A stretch of DNA of 64,000 nucleotides from Tubiluchus corallicola. Taxonomy: Eukaryota > Animalia > Priapulida. The first letter of the stretch is position 1. Every line of letters starts with the position of its first letter. The DNA lies in the NCBI GenBank assembly GCA_030141605.1, contig JAQGDQ010000014.1, positions 310,001-374,000 of the forward strand, read 5' to 3'. The position numbers were made by a program, and so were the translations under genes. Positions 23,242 through 37,258 of this stretch are shown here, piece after piece. The notes under the pieces were generated by a model that saw nothing but the letters and a program-made list of their open reading frames with translations, did not search any database and was not told where the DNA came from.

Positions 23242-24110
23242 GTATTTATAGTAAACAATGCAGTAGGGTACACTGGAATCATCAACATCTTGTGTGTTAA
23301 CAATGTTTCTAATTGAAAATTAAGACTCGACTAGTGATGCGTAACTTGACAAGAAAGTTTCTACAGGCGAGGAAATGATTTCCACGTGGGAAATGAGGCT
23401 GCCCTATGCACCTGCCTGAGTCTCAACTATTGAGCTGGGCAGTTCCATTACACGAGGGTAGGAGGGGTAATAAATCTTGAAAGGTTTTTGAGAAATAATT
23501 GGAATTTGCCAACAACTAAACGAAGCATAGTACTTACCGAAGGGGACCGCTTCTCAGGGGAACAAGGTATTGAGTATGAAGCCATGTTAATGGCAAACAA
23601 GAGTATTATTATTTAACGAGTGAAGCCAATTTACCTCTCATGTATGATGACCTGCCCAACGTCTGTTCGTCATTGATTAATAGCGTCTTCTAAATCGGAA
23701 AATATTTCATTGTGCGTTATTAGGTGTAAGAACATTTTGCATTTCAGCGATACATTGTACTTATCTAAGTTGGTTTATGAGAAAAACGAACTTTTTTATG
23801 TTAAAATATGAAGTGCACGATAGTACTAGACGCAAGTGTTTATAATATCTGCACATTGGCACCGTTATAAATCTTATGGAACCGATATGGCAGTGTGTAG
23901 AATTTCGAGTTTGGTTATCACTGTAGTAACTGTGTCGAAATTTGTTTGGTTCAGCCCGGTTTTTGCAAGTAAGTCGTTAGTATTTTTTGTTAACAAATAA
24001 AATCATAGCAATTTTAATAATAAAAGTAAAATTTATATATATATATATGTTGCATTCGAAAACACCGTTAGAAACGTGCGTATGCTTTACTTTTATTTTT
24101 AAAATCGCAA

Positions 24111-24114
<4 letters not shown>

Positions 24115-24150
<36 letters not shown>

Positions 24151-24221
24151 CTTTATTTGTAAAATAATACAAACACACACACACACGCGCACGCACGCAC
24201 GCACGCACGCACACACGCACG

Positions 24222-24270
<49 letters not shown>
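24115..24270. repeat. Compound (TA)n / (CACG)n / (CA)n microsatellite
   Basis: Directly visible; accounts for four overlapping spurious ORFs. Confidence 0.97.
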
Positions 24271-24272
<2 letters not shown>

Positions 24273-26864
24273 GATAGAGATAAAAGACATAAATACAAGA
24301 TAAAATACGTTTAAGTATCTGTAATGCTTTGTTATTAATCTGACACTAAATAATCTCAAGTTGGATGCATTAATTAACTATTTAATTTCCCAAATTATTC
24401 CAGATCTGCAAGCCCACATACAAATGATCCAGATTTGCAAAGAAGAGTTCTCTTAAAGAAGTTAGCTCTACCCACAATGAGCGTTAATATTATATTAATA
24501 ATATCTCCTTAACGAGAGGTCAATTGTATTACTGTTGTTTAACTGTCAAATGTATAACTGCTAAAAAATTCTGTTATGAAAGATCGATAAGCATTATATG
24601 TTACGAGGCGTACGGGCATTTGCATTACGCTTTAGATTTCGTTTAAATTAGGTTAGATTGGCTATTATGTTTCACGTTCACGAAAAAAATAGAAAATTGC
24701 GGACAAACAGAAAAAAGAAAAGCACGAAATTTAACTATTGAATCCCCTTTAAGCTGAGAGAAAAATATGCTCTAGTGAGGGCTGTTTTACGGACAATTAT
24801 TAGTCAAACAATTTGCATTTAATACAGCAAAATTTAAAATTATGAGCAGCCTTATTTGGAAATTTGCACAGTTGCACTAGACTAGGCAGGCTTATACTTG
24901 TGTTTTTAACAAGTAGACTTGAGTTGACTTTACACAGAACTATGCACTAAAACTTGAAACTTCTTATGGTGAAATTCGTTAATACCCATTGCTAATACAT
25001 GATAACAATTTGCAAAAACAGTACAGAACTAAATGTTGCGTTCTGTAGAAAATGTAATTCATTCACGCCGTGTAGTTCTTGACTAAAAACGATCTTTCGT
25101 TGAGAAATAATATCCCCTTACTAAAATTGGAAGAAAACTATTTCCCCAACAAAGCAAGTTCAGTTAGAGAAATCGTGTCCAGATTAGTTGTCGTTAGCGC
25201 TTCTTGCAGTTAAAACATATTTTCTCTAAGAACGCTCATAAAAAGTCATTACACAGCGGCATTTTTCATTTACTACAAAAATTTTAGTTTCACTTTTACA
25301 CTGTTTGCTCTTAACTGTACATACTGGTCTCAGTGATAAATTAGGGCAACGGGAACGTCGCTAATGGATTAATTAATAATCGTTTAATCTAAACTAGATA
25401 GTAAGTAATTCTAAAATAACGGTATACGCGAACAGGGTGCACGTTTTTAAGCTTTTTAACGGATATACAGCTATTCCAGATAATAAATGGCCCTAGTAAT
25501 TTGGGTGATAGCTTCCTAGTAATTTGGAAGGAGTTTACAATTCCCACACAATTTAAATATCTTAACCTTAACCCTAGCCCTAACTCTAACTCTAATCTTG
25601 ATCCGCTTCAAGAAACTAATTTTTGTGTGAGGGGAAACTTTAACATCCACGTTTTATCAATCTTGCCTGTACTGTATGTGGCGCTTCTTACCAGATCTAA
25701 CGATTTCTAAACAAATTATATATGCGTAAGACACCTGGTACATGACAAAACAAAGATTTACTTTGAAAACGACAACTGGGTAGTTATTTTGTTTACATTA
25801 TTTTCTCAGCTGCGATATGAGGAAGTGGCTGCGAAATTGAAATTGCAGTAGCGCTATTAGCGCGAGCAAAAATGCGAAAAATCAAATAAACTCTACATTT
25901 TAGTGTTAAAGCTCCCCATGTTACTGTTTTGCTCTTCAGTTAGATGTCTTGGCAAGTCACCGTTGCAACTTTTAAAATGTTTCCTGAGAAAATTACGTGT
26001 TGTGATGTTGTGAAGAACACATTTTTTGGCTTCACCTCTTTACCCACATGCTAGTATAAATTGTTTGATAGTTCTAGATCATGGAAGCGAAGTACAGTCA
26101 AACTTTTTTCTGAAATAATTAATCAGTAACCAACGATCGATTACTAATCAATACGTACAGGCTTCTATATATCTCAGCAACAAAAAATAATATTATTTTG
26201 AGAGAAAAAGTAACTCAAGATATATATTATGGCACAACTTCTTTACAGACGAACAAAATTAATTAACAGATGATCACCAGTAATCGACAACTTACAAATT
26301 TCTTAAATCCCGTTTTGACTAGCGTTTTCCACGCTGTTGACAAAATCGCTTCAAAAACGCTGGTCATAGCGGGCTTTTAAAATATCAATAGGCCTAGTTG
26401 TCAAGTATTAACATTCCAAGTGCACAAGTAACTTTTCAAATACTTGTCACTATTATTGAGGCACGCAGATAAACGGGTGCAGATCTGGCATCTACATATT
26501 TATAACAAATTGGTTTATTAGTTTAAGTCACGCCATAGCACCTCTTGTCTAATTTAAATCTGAGCCCTGAGGCTTACTACGCATCAGCTTCCTTATTGGC
26601 ACTGCCGCTGCCGGAGGTTAAAAGTTTGTCTGGCAAAAACTTGATAGAGTTAACAATTTTTCTTTCAAGTTGTGTCCTATCTTCAAGAAGTATTATTACT
26701 AATTTATGATTAACATCATTTATTTTCGAACGCACATGTAGAGTGTACAGATACATAATTTGTTAATCTAAAAAAAAGATAAGGAGATAAGTAGCAAAAG
26801 TAAAATAACTGATAAAAATTAACACGTACATATATTATTTACATACAAGAGGACAAGGCAATTA

Positions 26865-27230
26865 ATTAATTAATTTATTTATTTATGTAGTTTATTTCAG
26901 CACATAAAAATGACATATAAAAGTTAAAATTTACACTAAAAACTAAGAATTATTACATGTCATGCAAAATTAAAAGAGCTACGAACAATATAATAAAAAT
27001 ATATACAGAATTTAAAAATACAAAGAATCAGTTAAAAACAGCGGTTACTACGTCAATAAATCATGCCATCTTCTAAATATTCTACTATAAATTTTCGCAT
27101 CAGTTTGCGGGCATATGTATTTTACAATAGAATTTGCGGACCTAATCATTCTCGTTCTTAAGCAGGCAGTGCGACGCAACAGTATTTTAAAATGTTTTAT
27201 ATTATGTTCAACACATATTGTAGAAGATGG
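26865..27230 (-). mobile_element. Probable LINE 3' fragment
   Basis: Minus-strand LRTRMIRSANSIVKY resembles the RTxRxxNSF motif at LINE ORF2 ends, followed by an AT-rich UTR and (aaat)n tail near 26870. Confidence 0.4.
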
Positions 27231-27325
27231 TATCCATAACAAGTGAAAAACTTGTAAAGACCAACGTTGTAAGTGGCGCAAAGACACAAAAATACATGTA
27301 TAGCTTTTAAAGATTCACTTTTTAG

Positions 27326-28285
27326 GAGACGCGCACTTCTGTTATGCATGCCACAGTGGTACAGACGCGAACTGTTCTGACCCATTTGATTCACTGGTGG
27401 GATCCATATATGAGGTGAAATGTGACATACCGGATGATCCTGGAGAAATTCCGCAGCTTCCACTGAAACAAAACAGATACGATTACCTTCCTAGAGCGGA
27501 AGATCTGGAGCAATGCATTAAATGGGAAATAAACGGATGTAGGTATTGGCGACAATCAGTACCAGCATTTGACAGTATTCACACATGTATAATGTACTTT
27601 TTGATGCATGTGAAAATGAGAAATTTGCACTGAGTTAAAACTGTTTTGATTAAGTATACTTTTGATAAATTTGAAGTCAGAATCAATATGGGGATTGTAT
27701 AATTTGCACTGCATTGGGTAATAATGAAAATGACACTGAAATGAAAGGTATTTTGACTAAAACATTTTTGATAGATCCGTTTTACAGCATTAGCGTAATG
27801 ATTCATAATGGGGTTCGCTTTTTAAATTTACAATCCACCCTAATGTAATAGGAATACTTTTTGTGTTGTGTATTCCATGTTTGAGCCAAATTGAGTGCTG
27901 CAAACTGAGTTAATGGCATGTAATTTTTGTGTGTGTATATTACTTGTGTATGTTTTTTTATTGATGTGGACTTATCCTAAAACAAAAGTTGGTTACTTAT
28001 ATATTCTATATATAAGTAATATATAAATAAATATATATATATATATTAATGTGTACTTTATACTGTAAATGTTTCATATCTGTTTTTCTAGACACTGTTC
28101 GAGCTTGCTTTGGGAGTCCCATTCCTGGTCCTCCTCTTTTCGAGGAAGAAATAATGAGATGTGACCTAGGAACCAACTGCAAAGTTTGTTCAACCAGCCT
28201 GTGCAATGGAACACAGAAAGTTTCAACTTTCACACTTTTGCACAGTTTTTCCTTTGTACTTACAATAGGGATTTTAATCTTATGA
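27326..28285 (+). CDS. Quiver/sleepless-like Ly6 (three-finger) GPI-anchored protein, 5'-partial
   Basis: Exons 27326-27538 (tttttag|ga ... t|gtaggt) and 28092-28285 (ttctag|ac) join in phase 1: DAHFCYACHSGTDANCSDPF...KC...QCIKWEINGYTVRAC...RCDLGTNCKVCSTSLCNG plus hydrophobic tail TLLHSFSFVLTIGILIL*. Ten cysteines, CYxCxSxxDxxCxDPF start and terminal CN motif. Signal-peptide exon not located. Confidence 0.85.
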
Positions 28286-29659
28286 CTTCTGAAAAAGGAA
28301 TACATTTTTTTATTAATGCTTCTCTATCAACAGCATTTTTTGCACTTCAAATACACTACATAAAATGCAAATAAACAAAGTAACAAGGAATAACAAAGCA
28401 ATTTAGTGAATTAACAATAGTGATCATATTTGCAAATATACTAAAAAAGCCCTTCTCATTAGTATTAAAGTTTTGTTCAGAGGTACAAAGATAAACCAAT
28501 TTTTGACATTCTCTGCTGACAATTGAACTATCCCTATAGCACCAGCTTCCTAGGCCATTCAGTAAGTTTTCTCGCCATATAAATTGAAACTTATATTGTA
28601 GTTTCTCGAAATGTAGCATTTGCTAATGTGTGTTTTGTTATAGACTTCATTTTCACCAGTAAATACCACTTTAGACAATTATCTGCCTTCAGAACACTTA
28701 ATTAAAGGCAGTGTAGTGAGTATTGCACCGTTTTGTTGCAGGCTTATTATTCCTTTCATGGTCACGTAAATTTTGTGATTTATAGGTTTAACAGATTATG
28801 TATTTGTTGAAAATCTGTCAGTATGAGACACATTTATGGCAGAAGTGTACGATACAAAAACTGGACACATTAAGAACTAAATTCAAATCCCAGTATTTTA
28901 AAAATAATTTTTATTCTAACTTTATTAATATAATATTTTATGACAAGCAGTGGCACTACCATCATGTATGCATAATTATTTAAAACTGCTTCAGTACTGG
29001 GAGCTATGTTTCAATGATTCCTCAACTGTATTGCAACTAGGAGGCATTAATTCCAGGTTATTATTTTAATGACAAGTTTTGCATATTTAATTCAACAATG
29101 ATTTTAAGGTAGAAAAATAATTCTTACATAAACTTGCAAGGAATTAATTTAGCATAAAATCAATAATGTTTAGCATTTCTTAGAAGAGAAGAGTATGAAT
29201 TGTGCAGAATTTAATATATGAACAGTAGTATATGCCTTTTTTGTACTGTAACTATTCAGTATCATGGAACCATAAATACATTACAGTTCTACAAGAAATA
29301 CTTATTTTATAAATGTTAGATTTATATTAATCATGATAAATATTACACAACTCAAATTTCAAAATACCCACAACAGAACAGCAGTAAGTCTCTCATATGT
29401 TTGTAAGATCAATTACGTAATTCTGAGTTATACTCATGCAACAATACTATACTCCAAGCACTGTAGCTTTCACCAAATTTTCTGGATAATGCTGTCAAAA
29501 ACCAGTAACGTAGCACGTGTCAATAGATGGCAGTACAAGCGCAGATTGTCAAAAGATCGTCTCAGTTGTGTGGAACAGAAATTTTGTACGGTGAAAATCA
29601 TCATCCCAGCATAGTGAATGCCTAATGACTAGTTTAGGTATAAATAATTTTTGCAACTC

Positions 29660-32600
29660 TCATGATTTGTGCTGTTCTAAATAATCTTTTGCTTCATTAA
29701 TTTTTGCTGCTAAGTATGGAGAGCCACCTACAGGACAACAAAAAAATATCACTATTAGTTTACTGCAATGTACAATAATAAAAAAAAAAACAGTGAAATA
29801 GACAACAAATACCTACTTCTATTATAATGTTAGGTTCATGAAAGCTATGAAGTGATGAAAAAGAATAGATTCAGGATAAAATCAATGAAAATTACTGGTT
29901 GATTTAACCTGGCAAAAGATAAGGCAAATAAATGCCATGATGCCAAGCAGTCACTAACAACTTTTACCACAAATCAACAAGGTTTTTCAATCAGAAATGA
30001 ATGAAGAAAGACTTTCAAGTAAGGTAAAAATATACATTTTAGCACCACTAACACTAAAGCGTTTCTGATAATTAAATAACAGATTAAAATCTTAATTAAT
30101 GGCAGGCAAACCCAACTGTTGATGATATCACAAACAAACATAATTTTCAACAGCAAAAACATTCCGTGAGCGTGTTGCACGTGTTTGCAAAAGCGAAGAT
30201 TGAAATATAGTGCTACTGTAAGATTCAGTGAGCTGCGCTCATGCATAAGCTGTCGAAAGTGCATAGTACATCACAAACGGACACCTCTGAACTGAGAGAG
30301 ACAGCACCTGTTTTTTGTGCAGTGCATTTCCGAAATACAACCGCTAGTGCCCATCTAAGCAGTGAATGGCAAAATACAGGTAACAGCGAAATTGTGTCCG
30401 TGTGGTAAAAATTCTTTCACCATGTAAGTTATTCTTGAAAAAACAGTATGTTAGCACACAGCCACGGTTTGTAGTGTATTTTACACTATGAATTTATCAC
30501 TTGAAATCTTTGAACACTTGATAGCTATTTTAAAACTTTCGCTATTAAGCTACCACCACACGTTGAGCCCGGCACCTGCTGATGGCGTTTTGGCTAATTA
30601 AGACAACACGTGTCTGGCTCAGTTGACAGACATATAATAGTTATCATAAAAAAATCTTTTTATATACCTTTGTCAGGATGATTAAGAATCATGATCCTTT
30701 TATGTGCTTCCCGTATTTTTGCCTTGCTGGCTGAAGGACTAAAATTAAATTTTCCATTAGTAGAATCAATGCATAAATTAATGTAGAATAATACTGTAGT
30801 CAATATAATAAAACTAAAATTCATACTTATTGCAGACATGCAGTATTAAATAAAACACTGTTAATGTGAGGGGATGGCACTTTTTATATTTTTGTTAGGG
30901 CTCTTCTAAAATCTTCCATTTCAAAGCGTGAAATTTGATTTTGCTCAAATAAACACTGAGGAAGAAACACGTAATAGGCTTCAAAATATTTGTTTTGTAA
31001 GAAAGAAAAAAAGTAGAATTCTTTGTTAAAAACACCCATGAATCCATCTATGATTTTTGTAAAATTGATATTTTCCATAAAGCGATTAAAACTTGTTTTT
31101 AAGACAGCCGCTTTTTTATTAACCTGCTTACAAAAGTTTTAACATATTAATAATTGAAAATGCACATGTAGTGTTTTTGATGTGGAAAAAAGTAGTTTAA
31201 TAAATGTTAAGTACCTAACACCGAGGATGAGACCAGCTTCTCGTCTAGACATTCTAGCATCAAAACCACCCTTGTAATACTTACTGTTGGCAAATGACTA
31301 CAACAAAAAACAGTTCATTAAAATTTTTCATACTGCAACTAATCAAATTGGTTAAATACAAACAAATGGAAGAAGTGTCACTGAAGGCATCACTGTAAGT
31401 CTAAAGAGGGTAAGAATTCATCTTTGTGAGATACTTATGAGTTTTAATAAGGAAACTGATTGCAAAATACAATTGTTACCTGTGTCTCCGAGCAACTGAG
31501 TATTTATACAGAAGTGAGCATTTCTGTATTAATACTCGGTATTATATTATTAACTCTAGTATTCCGCCCTATCATTTCAGTTACTTGAAGATAAACATGA
31601 AGTTACAAATTATGAATATATAAAGTGTTTCCATAAGAGATGTTCACTGCTGATTTGAATATAGTGTTTCCATATGCGATGTTCACTGCTGATTTACCAA
31701 GCAGTGGTGAATTTTTGACTCAATAGCATATGCTCAAATTGTATTTCTTTATGTATTTCTGTTTTTAACTGTTTTGATTTTAACCGTTTTAAAATGAGTC
31801 TAAAAACCTATCATTTTACTGTAATGTTTAATTAATGTGAGTCACAGAGTCTAATTTTTGCAATATTGTTTATATATAGTTGTCTCGTGAATTTTTATTG
31901 TATGCTTATATTTTATTGCAGTCATTCTTATTGTAGAGCTGTTTTATAGCGCATCTGATAACAATAGCTTTCAATTTATGCCCTTCAGAAATAAATTATC
32001 ATTATCATTACTTTGGCATTCTGCAAGCCCATATTTTATGCTGAACGATAGGGTCTGATTAATGGAGAAAGTTGTGGCACTTAGCTCATTACCAACATTA
32101 ATTTGCAATCTATGAGATGAGAACCTGAACTGACAGAAGACTCTTTGACATATTTGGGTGTTGTCACATCCTCCATTATCAAAAGAAATAGCAAGAAGCA
32201 GTTTTCTCAGCAATTACACATTTACTATCCAGGTCCACGGTTGATTGATTTTGAAGTCAAGTATACACACCCAGCTACTCCTCCCCAAAACTTACTCACA
32301 GATAGTTAACATGATGCAGGATCAAATTCCCACAGTTGACTTAGTCAGCAAATTTTATGCAAAAAATCATGTAAAACCTTTTAGCATGACTATTACTGAT
32401 TAAAAACAAATGAGTACTTACAGATGATGATGGCAAAGAATCTATCTGCTGCTTAACTGCCTGCTGCACTACCTTTCCGTATCTTAATGCATAGCGTCCA
32501 GCAAATCCAGCTACTGCTAATCCAATTCCAGCAGCAATTATTCCTGATGCCTAAAAGTAGACACAAGTAAAATTCTGTCTTTATTTGCCATTTAATTTAT

Positions 32601-33616
32601 TTAACTCTTTCAGTACATACGATAAGCACAGTTAAATTTTACTACAGTACAGATGCAGGACTGATTTTTTAAAGCATTCGTTTGCGTTGTCAGCTACTTG
32701 ATGAAGCAAAATATGATTGAGTATGTGGTACTAATTCACGTTTATTTGTATTTTATTCTACGATTTCAGTACAGTTTTATGGTGCTCCTGTACTAAAGTG
32801 AAAAAAAAATTATTGTAATTTTAAATGCAGAATTACTCTCTTTGCTTTATCATTAGTGTTTCTGTTTTTTGGCCTATACGACTTGTGCAGTCAATCCAAT
32901 TCATACTTTTATTTCAGAATTAAAATCCAAATAAAACAAACATAGATGTATACATTAAGTAAAATATAAATAAGACATTAAGACTACACATTAAAATATG
33001 ACTAAAATTACTGAAATTACAGTAAAACAGAATATGCAACTACAAAAAAACACACATACAAAAGAACACGCTATATACACAAATATATATGCACACGAAA
33101 TTAATTCACTAAAAAAATGAAATTATATGCCCCTCAACAGGACCTTTTATCTCAAATAAGGAGCCACAAACAAGGGCCATTTTTTTCAAAATTGGGTTAT
33201 ATCCAATGCCTCCTTTTTTAAGGTATAAATTTTATTTTAAGTTAAATGAATCATTCAGCAATGCAAAATATTAAAATATTATACTCATTTTTTTAAAAAA
33301 GATTATATTTGAAAATCTTTTAGCAGTGCCCTCAAACTTTGGGGTCCTAGGCTGCAGCCTATACTAGCCAATGGCAATCCAACCATGTCAGACAATAATC
33401 GGTACCGGATACTACAGTGATAAATTAACGCGAGTCTAAGAGTGATACACAAAACAGATGCACTGCAGTCGTGCCTTAATTAAACAATGTTTTAATACCG
33501 TTAAAGTAAGCAACTCTTAATTTATTGAGTACACCGATATTGATAATGTAGAGTTAAGCAATGTCCCAGCTGATTTGCGCAATAGCATAAATTTATAGAA
33601 AATATAGCACTACCAT
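29660..33616 (-). CDS. DNAJC19: Mitochondrial import motor J-protein TIM14/Pam18, 5 coding exons, 117 aa
   Basis: Exons 33616-33614 (ATG|gtag), 32550-32422 ([22 protein letters not shown]), 31297-31215 ([22 protein letters not shown]), 30738-30668 ([17 protein letters not shown]), 29727-29660 ([18 protein letters not shown]). HPD motif intact and phases consistent; the ATG-only first exon is the least certain part. Confidence 0.95.
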
Positions 33617-34155
33617 TTTGTTATCTGCAATTCTTGGCATTAAAATTCTTTATTTACTGCCACTACTAAATCGAACATTGACATAACCTCTAATTCTCTA
33701 TTATAAATTCATTCTAATAACAACACTGCACGGTTAACATCGCACTCTCTTCGTACTTTTTATTAACTTATGTTGCGGCAAGCATACATCAACATGAATA
33801 TTTTTTGCATCGCCATCTACCGTTCAAATTTTAACTAACTTCAATGTGTACATTATTTCCTATTCCACCAGATACAGGAGTTCCCAGCCTGGGGTTCGTA
33901 TATACTCTGGGGTATATTTAGACTCTTAAGAAGTAGTCGAGGTACTTAGGAGTCTGAAAGAATAATAATGGCGTACGACACAGCATCTTCTTCTTCTTGT
34001 TCCAGTTGTGAAATGTGTCAAAGGTACAGTCTGACTATTATCATACAACCGAGTGGCTCATATTGAGTGCGATATAATGAACACACAAAGGGTATAACGA
34101 AGTAATACGTAGGCCTACATTTCCAGACAAAAGCTTGTGTTTCTACAGGTTCACA

Positions 34156-34410
34156 TTAAAAGGTGTGACGAGAGATGCCTGTGTCCCAGTTAATGGGCGA
34201 CAGGGCATGAATGTTGGCAACTTGGCAGGTGGAGAGTTCCAAAGTATGATGGTGGATGGCAGGAAAAAACGAGCAGTAGGCTCCTAGACGGCAAATGAGC
34301 AACGTATGTGAATTACTCTCTGTGCTGCTTGAGCGTTTAAGGCAGTTGATCGGTAGATGCTGTTCTAATTTGCAATCAGATTGCACAAACAGAATAAAAT
34401 GACTCACGCA
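34156..34410 (-). mobile_element. Decayed LINE 3' fragment
   Basis: Minus strand CRLGAYCSFFPA then, after a frameshift, TIILWNSPPA matches the YxxSFFPxTIxxWNxLP motif of CR1/L2-group ORF2 ends. Confidence 0.5.
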
Positions 34411-36000
34411 GGCCCTATATAGCCTATACGGGCATTTAGAGAAAAAGTTGTGATTTTACTGAACTTTATCCATCATCATCATCATACAGCCCATTACGTC
34501 TATTGTAAACACTGTGTAGGAAGAATGCTAAAATAGTAAAATAGGCCCCAAGAAGGTAAAATCAGACAGGTAATCCTGCAAAAAACTAGACACTTTTCAG
34601 TATCACTTCCCACAACAACATTGACCTTCGCGATATTACAGCCGTATGTTACTTTGAAAAATTCATTTCTTCGCGAAGATGAAGTGATGAAATAGCAGGC
34701 AGTAGGCTTTTAATTCTTAGGAGCACATGAGAGCCTGTCAAAGTGTCTAAAGGGTACTTAGAAACAAAAATTATGCGAACCCTGTCTTAGAAATTAAATG
34801 AGTTACCGAGAAATTTTCAGGCAGTTAGAACCATAATAGAACTACAGATGGTAGTGAATTTGGTATTACGTTCTTTTGCAACTAAAAAAGGAAATACGAC
34901 TTAGAAAATATACTTAAAAACACGCAATTTTGTTGTACAACATAGTTACCCAGCACTGGATTTTTTAGGCAAGGAAAGCGTCATCCAGTCACTTCACTTG
35001 ACCGTGTGAATCCAACTATCTATCCAATTAACTGTAACAAAAAAGTTTGTTCTGGATTACGCTAAATTTAATTTATTCTACACTATTATCCCAGCCTGGT
35101 AGTCTGGTGGTTTGCTTGCACTGATGACTGATGAGCATTATAAGGCGTATTTGAGTTTGACAAGTTAACTCATTTATCTTTCAAAAAATATTAAACATTA
35201 AGTGCATAAATTTCTAGCTAAACATATAGTTTGACTTGTGGTAAAATGTTGTTTATACAATTACAATGTAATTTACTGTTTAATGGCCGAGCAAAATGTA
35301 CGAGCAGCACTCGAGTTTTACTTATTCAAACGGATGAGGGCGCTAGCATGTGATAATTCGCATGTTGCAGCTTTAAGTATATGTGGATATAATGTGAAGC
35401 CAGCCTTCTAACATGTAGTGAGAGATTGCAGTGTGGGCAACAAAACGACAATGATCATCCATGACGAAAAAATCGAACGAAAAACAGATAGCTTCTTAAG
35501 TGGGGTTGGGTTGGTTTAAACAAATTTATGTGATACGTCCAACTTTATTTTCATTTTTCCTAATTGGTTGACTTTCTTGCTTTGATGTAGATCAAAGTTG
35601 ATCAGAGCTGAGCTGAGTTGAAAAGCCCAGAAGTTATTTTTTCCTGTCACACGTTCATTTGCTGACCACACAGTGACCACTCAGCTATATACCTTACTTT
35701 ATTTTGGTTTAAAAAGGTGCAATCGAACAACTGGAAGGAACTCGACAGGGTGACACAAAAACTGTTGAGTATTGACCAGGGGACGAAGCGACTAGCGAAA
35801 TGAATCGTTTATTGGTTAATTATCATCGCTCGACCAAATAGACTTTTAGACGAGAGTAATGCTTACAAACAAGCGTACTTCTTTTGACTATTACAATACA
35901 ATCAAGAAAATCTATAATGGTTTGTGATAGTTTGTAGTTATTTTCTTTTTGCTTACACATAATTGATGAAACAGGAAAGCTTAGGAGTTGCGCTACTCAC

Positions 36001-36390
36001 TGGGGGCGAGCATCGAACTTTCGAGTTCCGTCGTTTCAATCGAATTCGAACCTTAAAATTATAGATTCGAATAATTCTGCACTTCAACCACATACGTTCT
36101 TTTGTCATTAAAACATTTTAAACATCACGCAATTAGCACAATTTAGTAACAATTTTTGTGCACAAGTTTTAAACTAATTATTAGTGATTTTCTTGCAGAA
36201 CAAAACCGAATAATAGGGCCTATGCATGGTCTTCATAAAACCGCTTTTTACTGAGGGTTCGAAAACTCTTTCGAAAATCTTTCAAACTCAATTCGAATTC
36301 GAAATACTGAAATTCGGTTTGATTCTAATTCAAAAGTCACAAATTCGATTCGATTCGAATTTGATTTCTGGAAGAGAATGCTCACCCCTA
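36001..36390. mobile_element. hAT-type MITE with (TTCGA)-rich subterminal repeats
   Basis: Inverted termini tgggggcgagcat / atgctcaccccta; 8-bp flanks ctactcac and ctacacac (7/8); many ttcgaa/ttcga repeats near both ends. Confidence 0.8.
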
Positions 36391-37071
36391 CTACACACTA
36401 CTATTTAGCATCAGATTTGAAAAGCATTCCGATGAACTAACAAAGACCACTTATAATCGTTAAGAACAACTACATCAGCAGCAGCAACAAAACTAACCAC
36501 CATAATGATATATGCATTACAATATTTTTAGCGGTGACGACAATAGTCTCAATCATGGCGTTATGGTGGCAGCAACAAGTAGGAATCTGGCACTAGTACA
36601 CCAGCACCGATGTTGCCACTGTGCTGTGTACGAATCACAACAAGATGAAATAACGTTAAGAGTTATAATGATACAATGAATTGTGTCAATAGCGATGATA
36701 AAAATGATGACTATACTAGTGACGTTCACGATTTCAACATGTCCACAAATTAGATAATTTTCTTATTTTCTCTATTTTTAAACATGTCTGTTTTCTGCAT
36801 GGATTCTGACGGTCATTCTACTCGACTTTTAGTCGACCTTAGCCGTGTTGATCATTTTTCAGTCGCTTTTCGTCAGTAGCACAAAAGTGCTAAATTAAAC
36901 GTACGTCCCGCAGTCGTCCTCTTCGGCTGACCTTTTTCTGGTTGATATTTTCTACCGGATTCGCGGAGGTCATGAAAGACACAAAAAACGAAAAAAATGT
37001 AAATGGAGAAAATTCAAGTAAAGATGAGCAAGACGACGACGACAAAAGGAGAGAAGAAGAAGAACAAGAAC

Positions 37072-37140
<69 letters not shown>

Positions 37141-37258
37141 CATTATTTAAAGTCGGCTTTAAAATTAACAAACAAGACAAGTTAAAAGAAAAGATGATAA
37201 TGGTGATAATGTTGATGATGATGATGACGACGACGGTGATGATAGTGATGATGACATC
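37072..37258. repeat. (AAT)n microsatellite followed by degenerate (GAT)n
   Basis: Directly visible; source of the poly-N and poly-Y ORFs. Confidence 0.95.

Noticed and set aside
23531-23570. tacttacc start resembling U1 snRNA
   Set aside because: Downstream sequence does not follow U1 stem-loop I; better read as a minus-strand splice donor.
25861-26616. Candidate signal-peptide exons for the Ly6 gene (25861-25951 with GC donor; about 26571-26616)
   Set aside because: Neither has a suitable in-frame ATG giving a full signal peptide; left unassigned.
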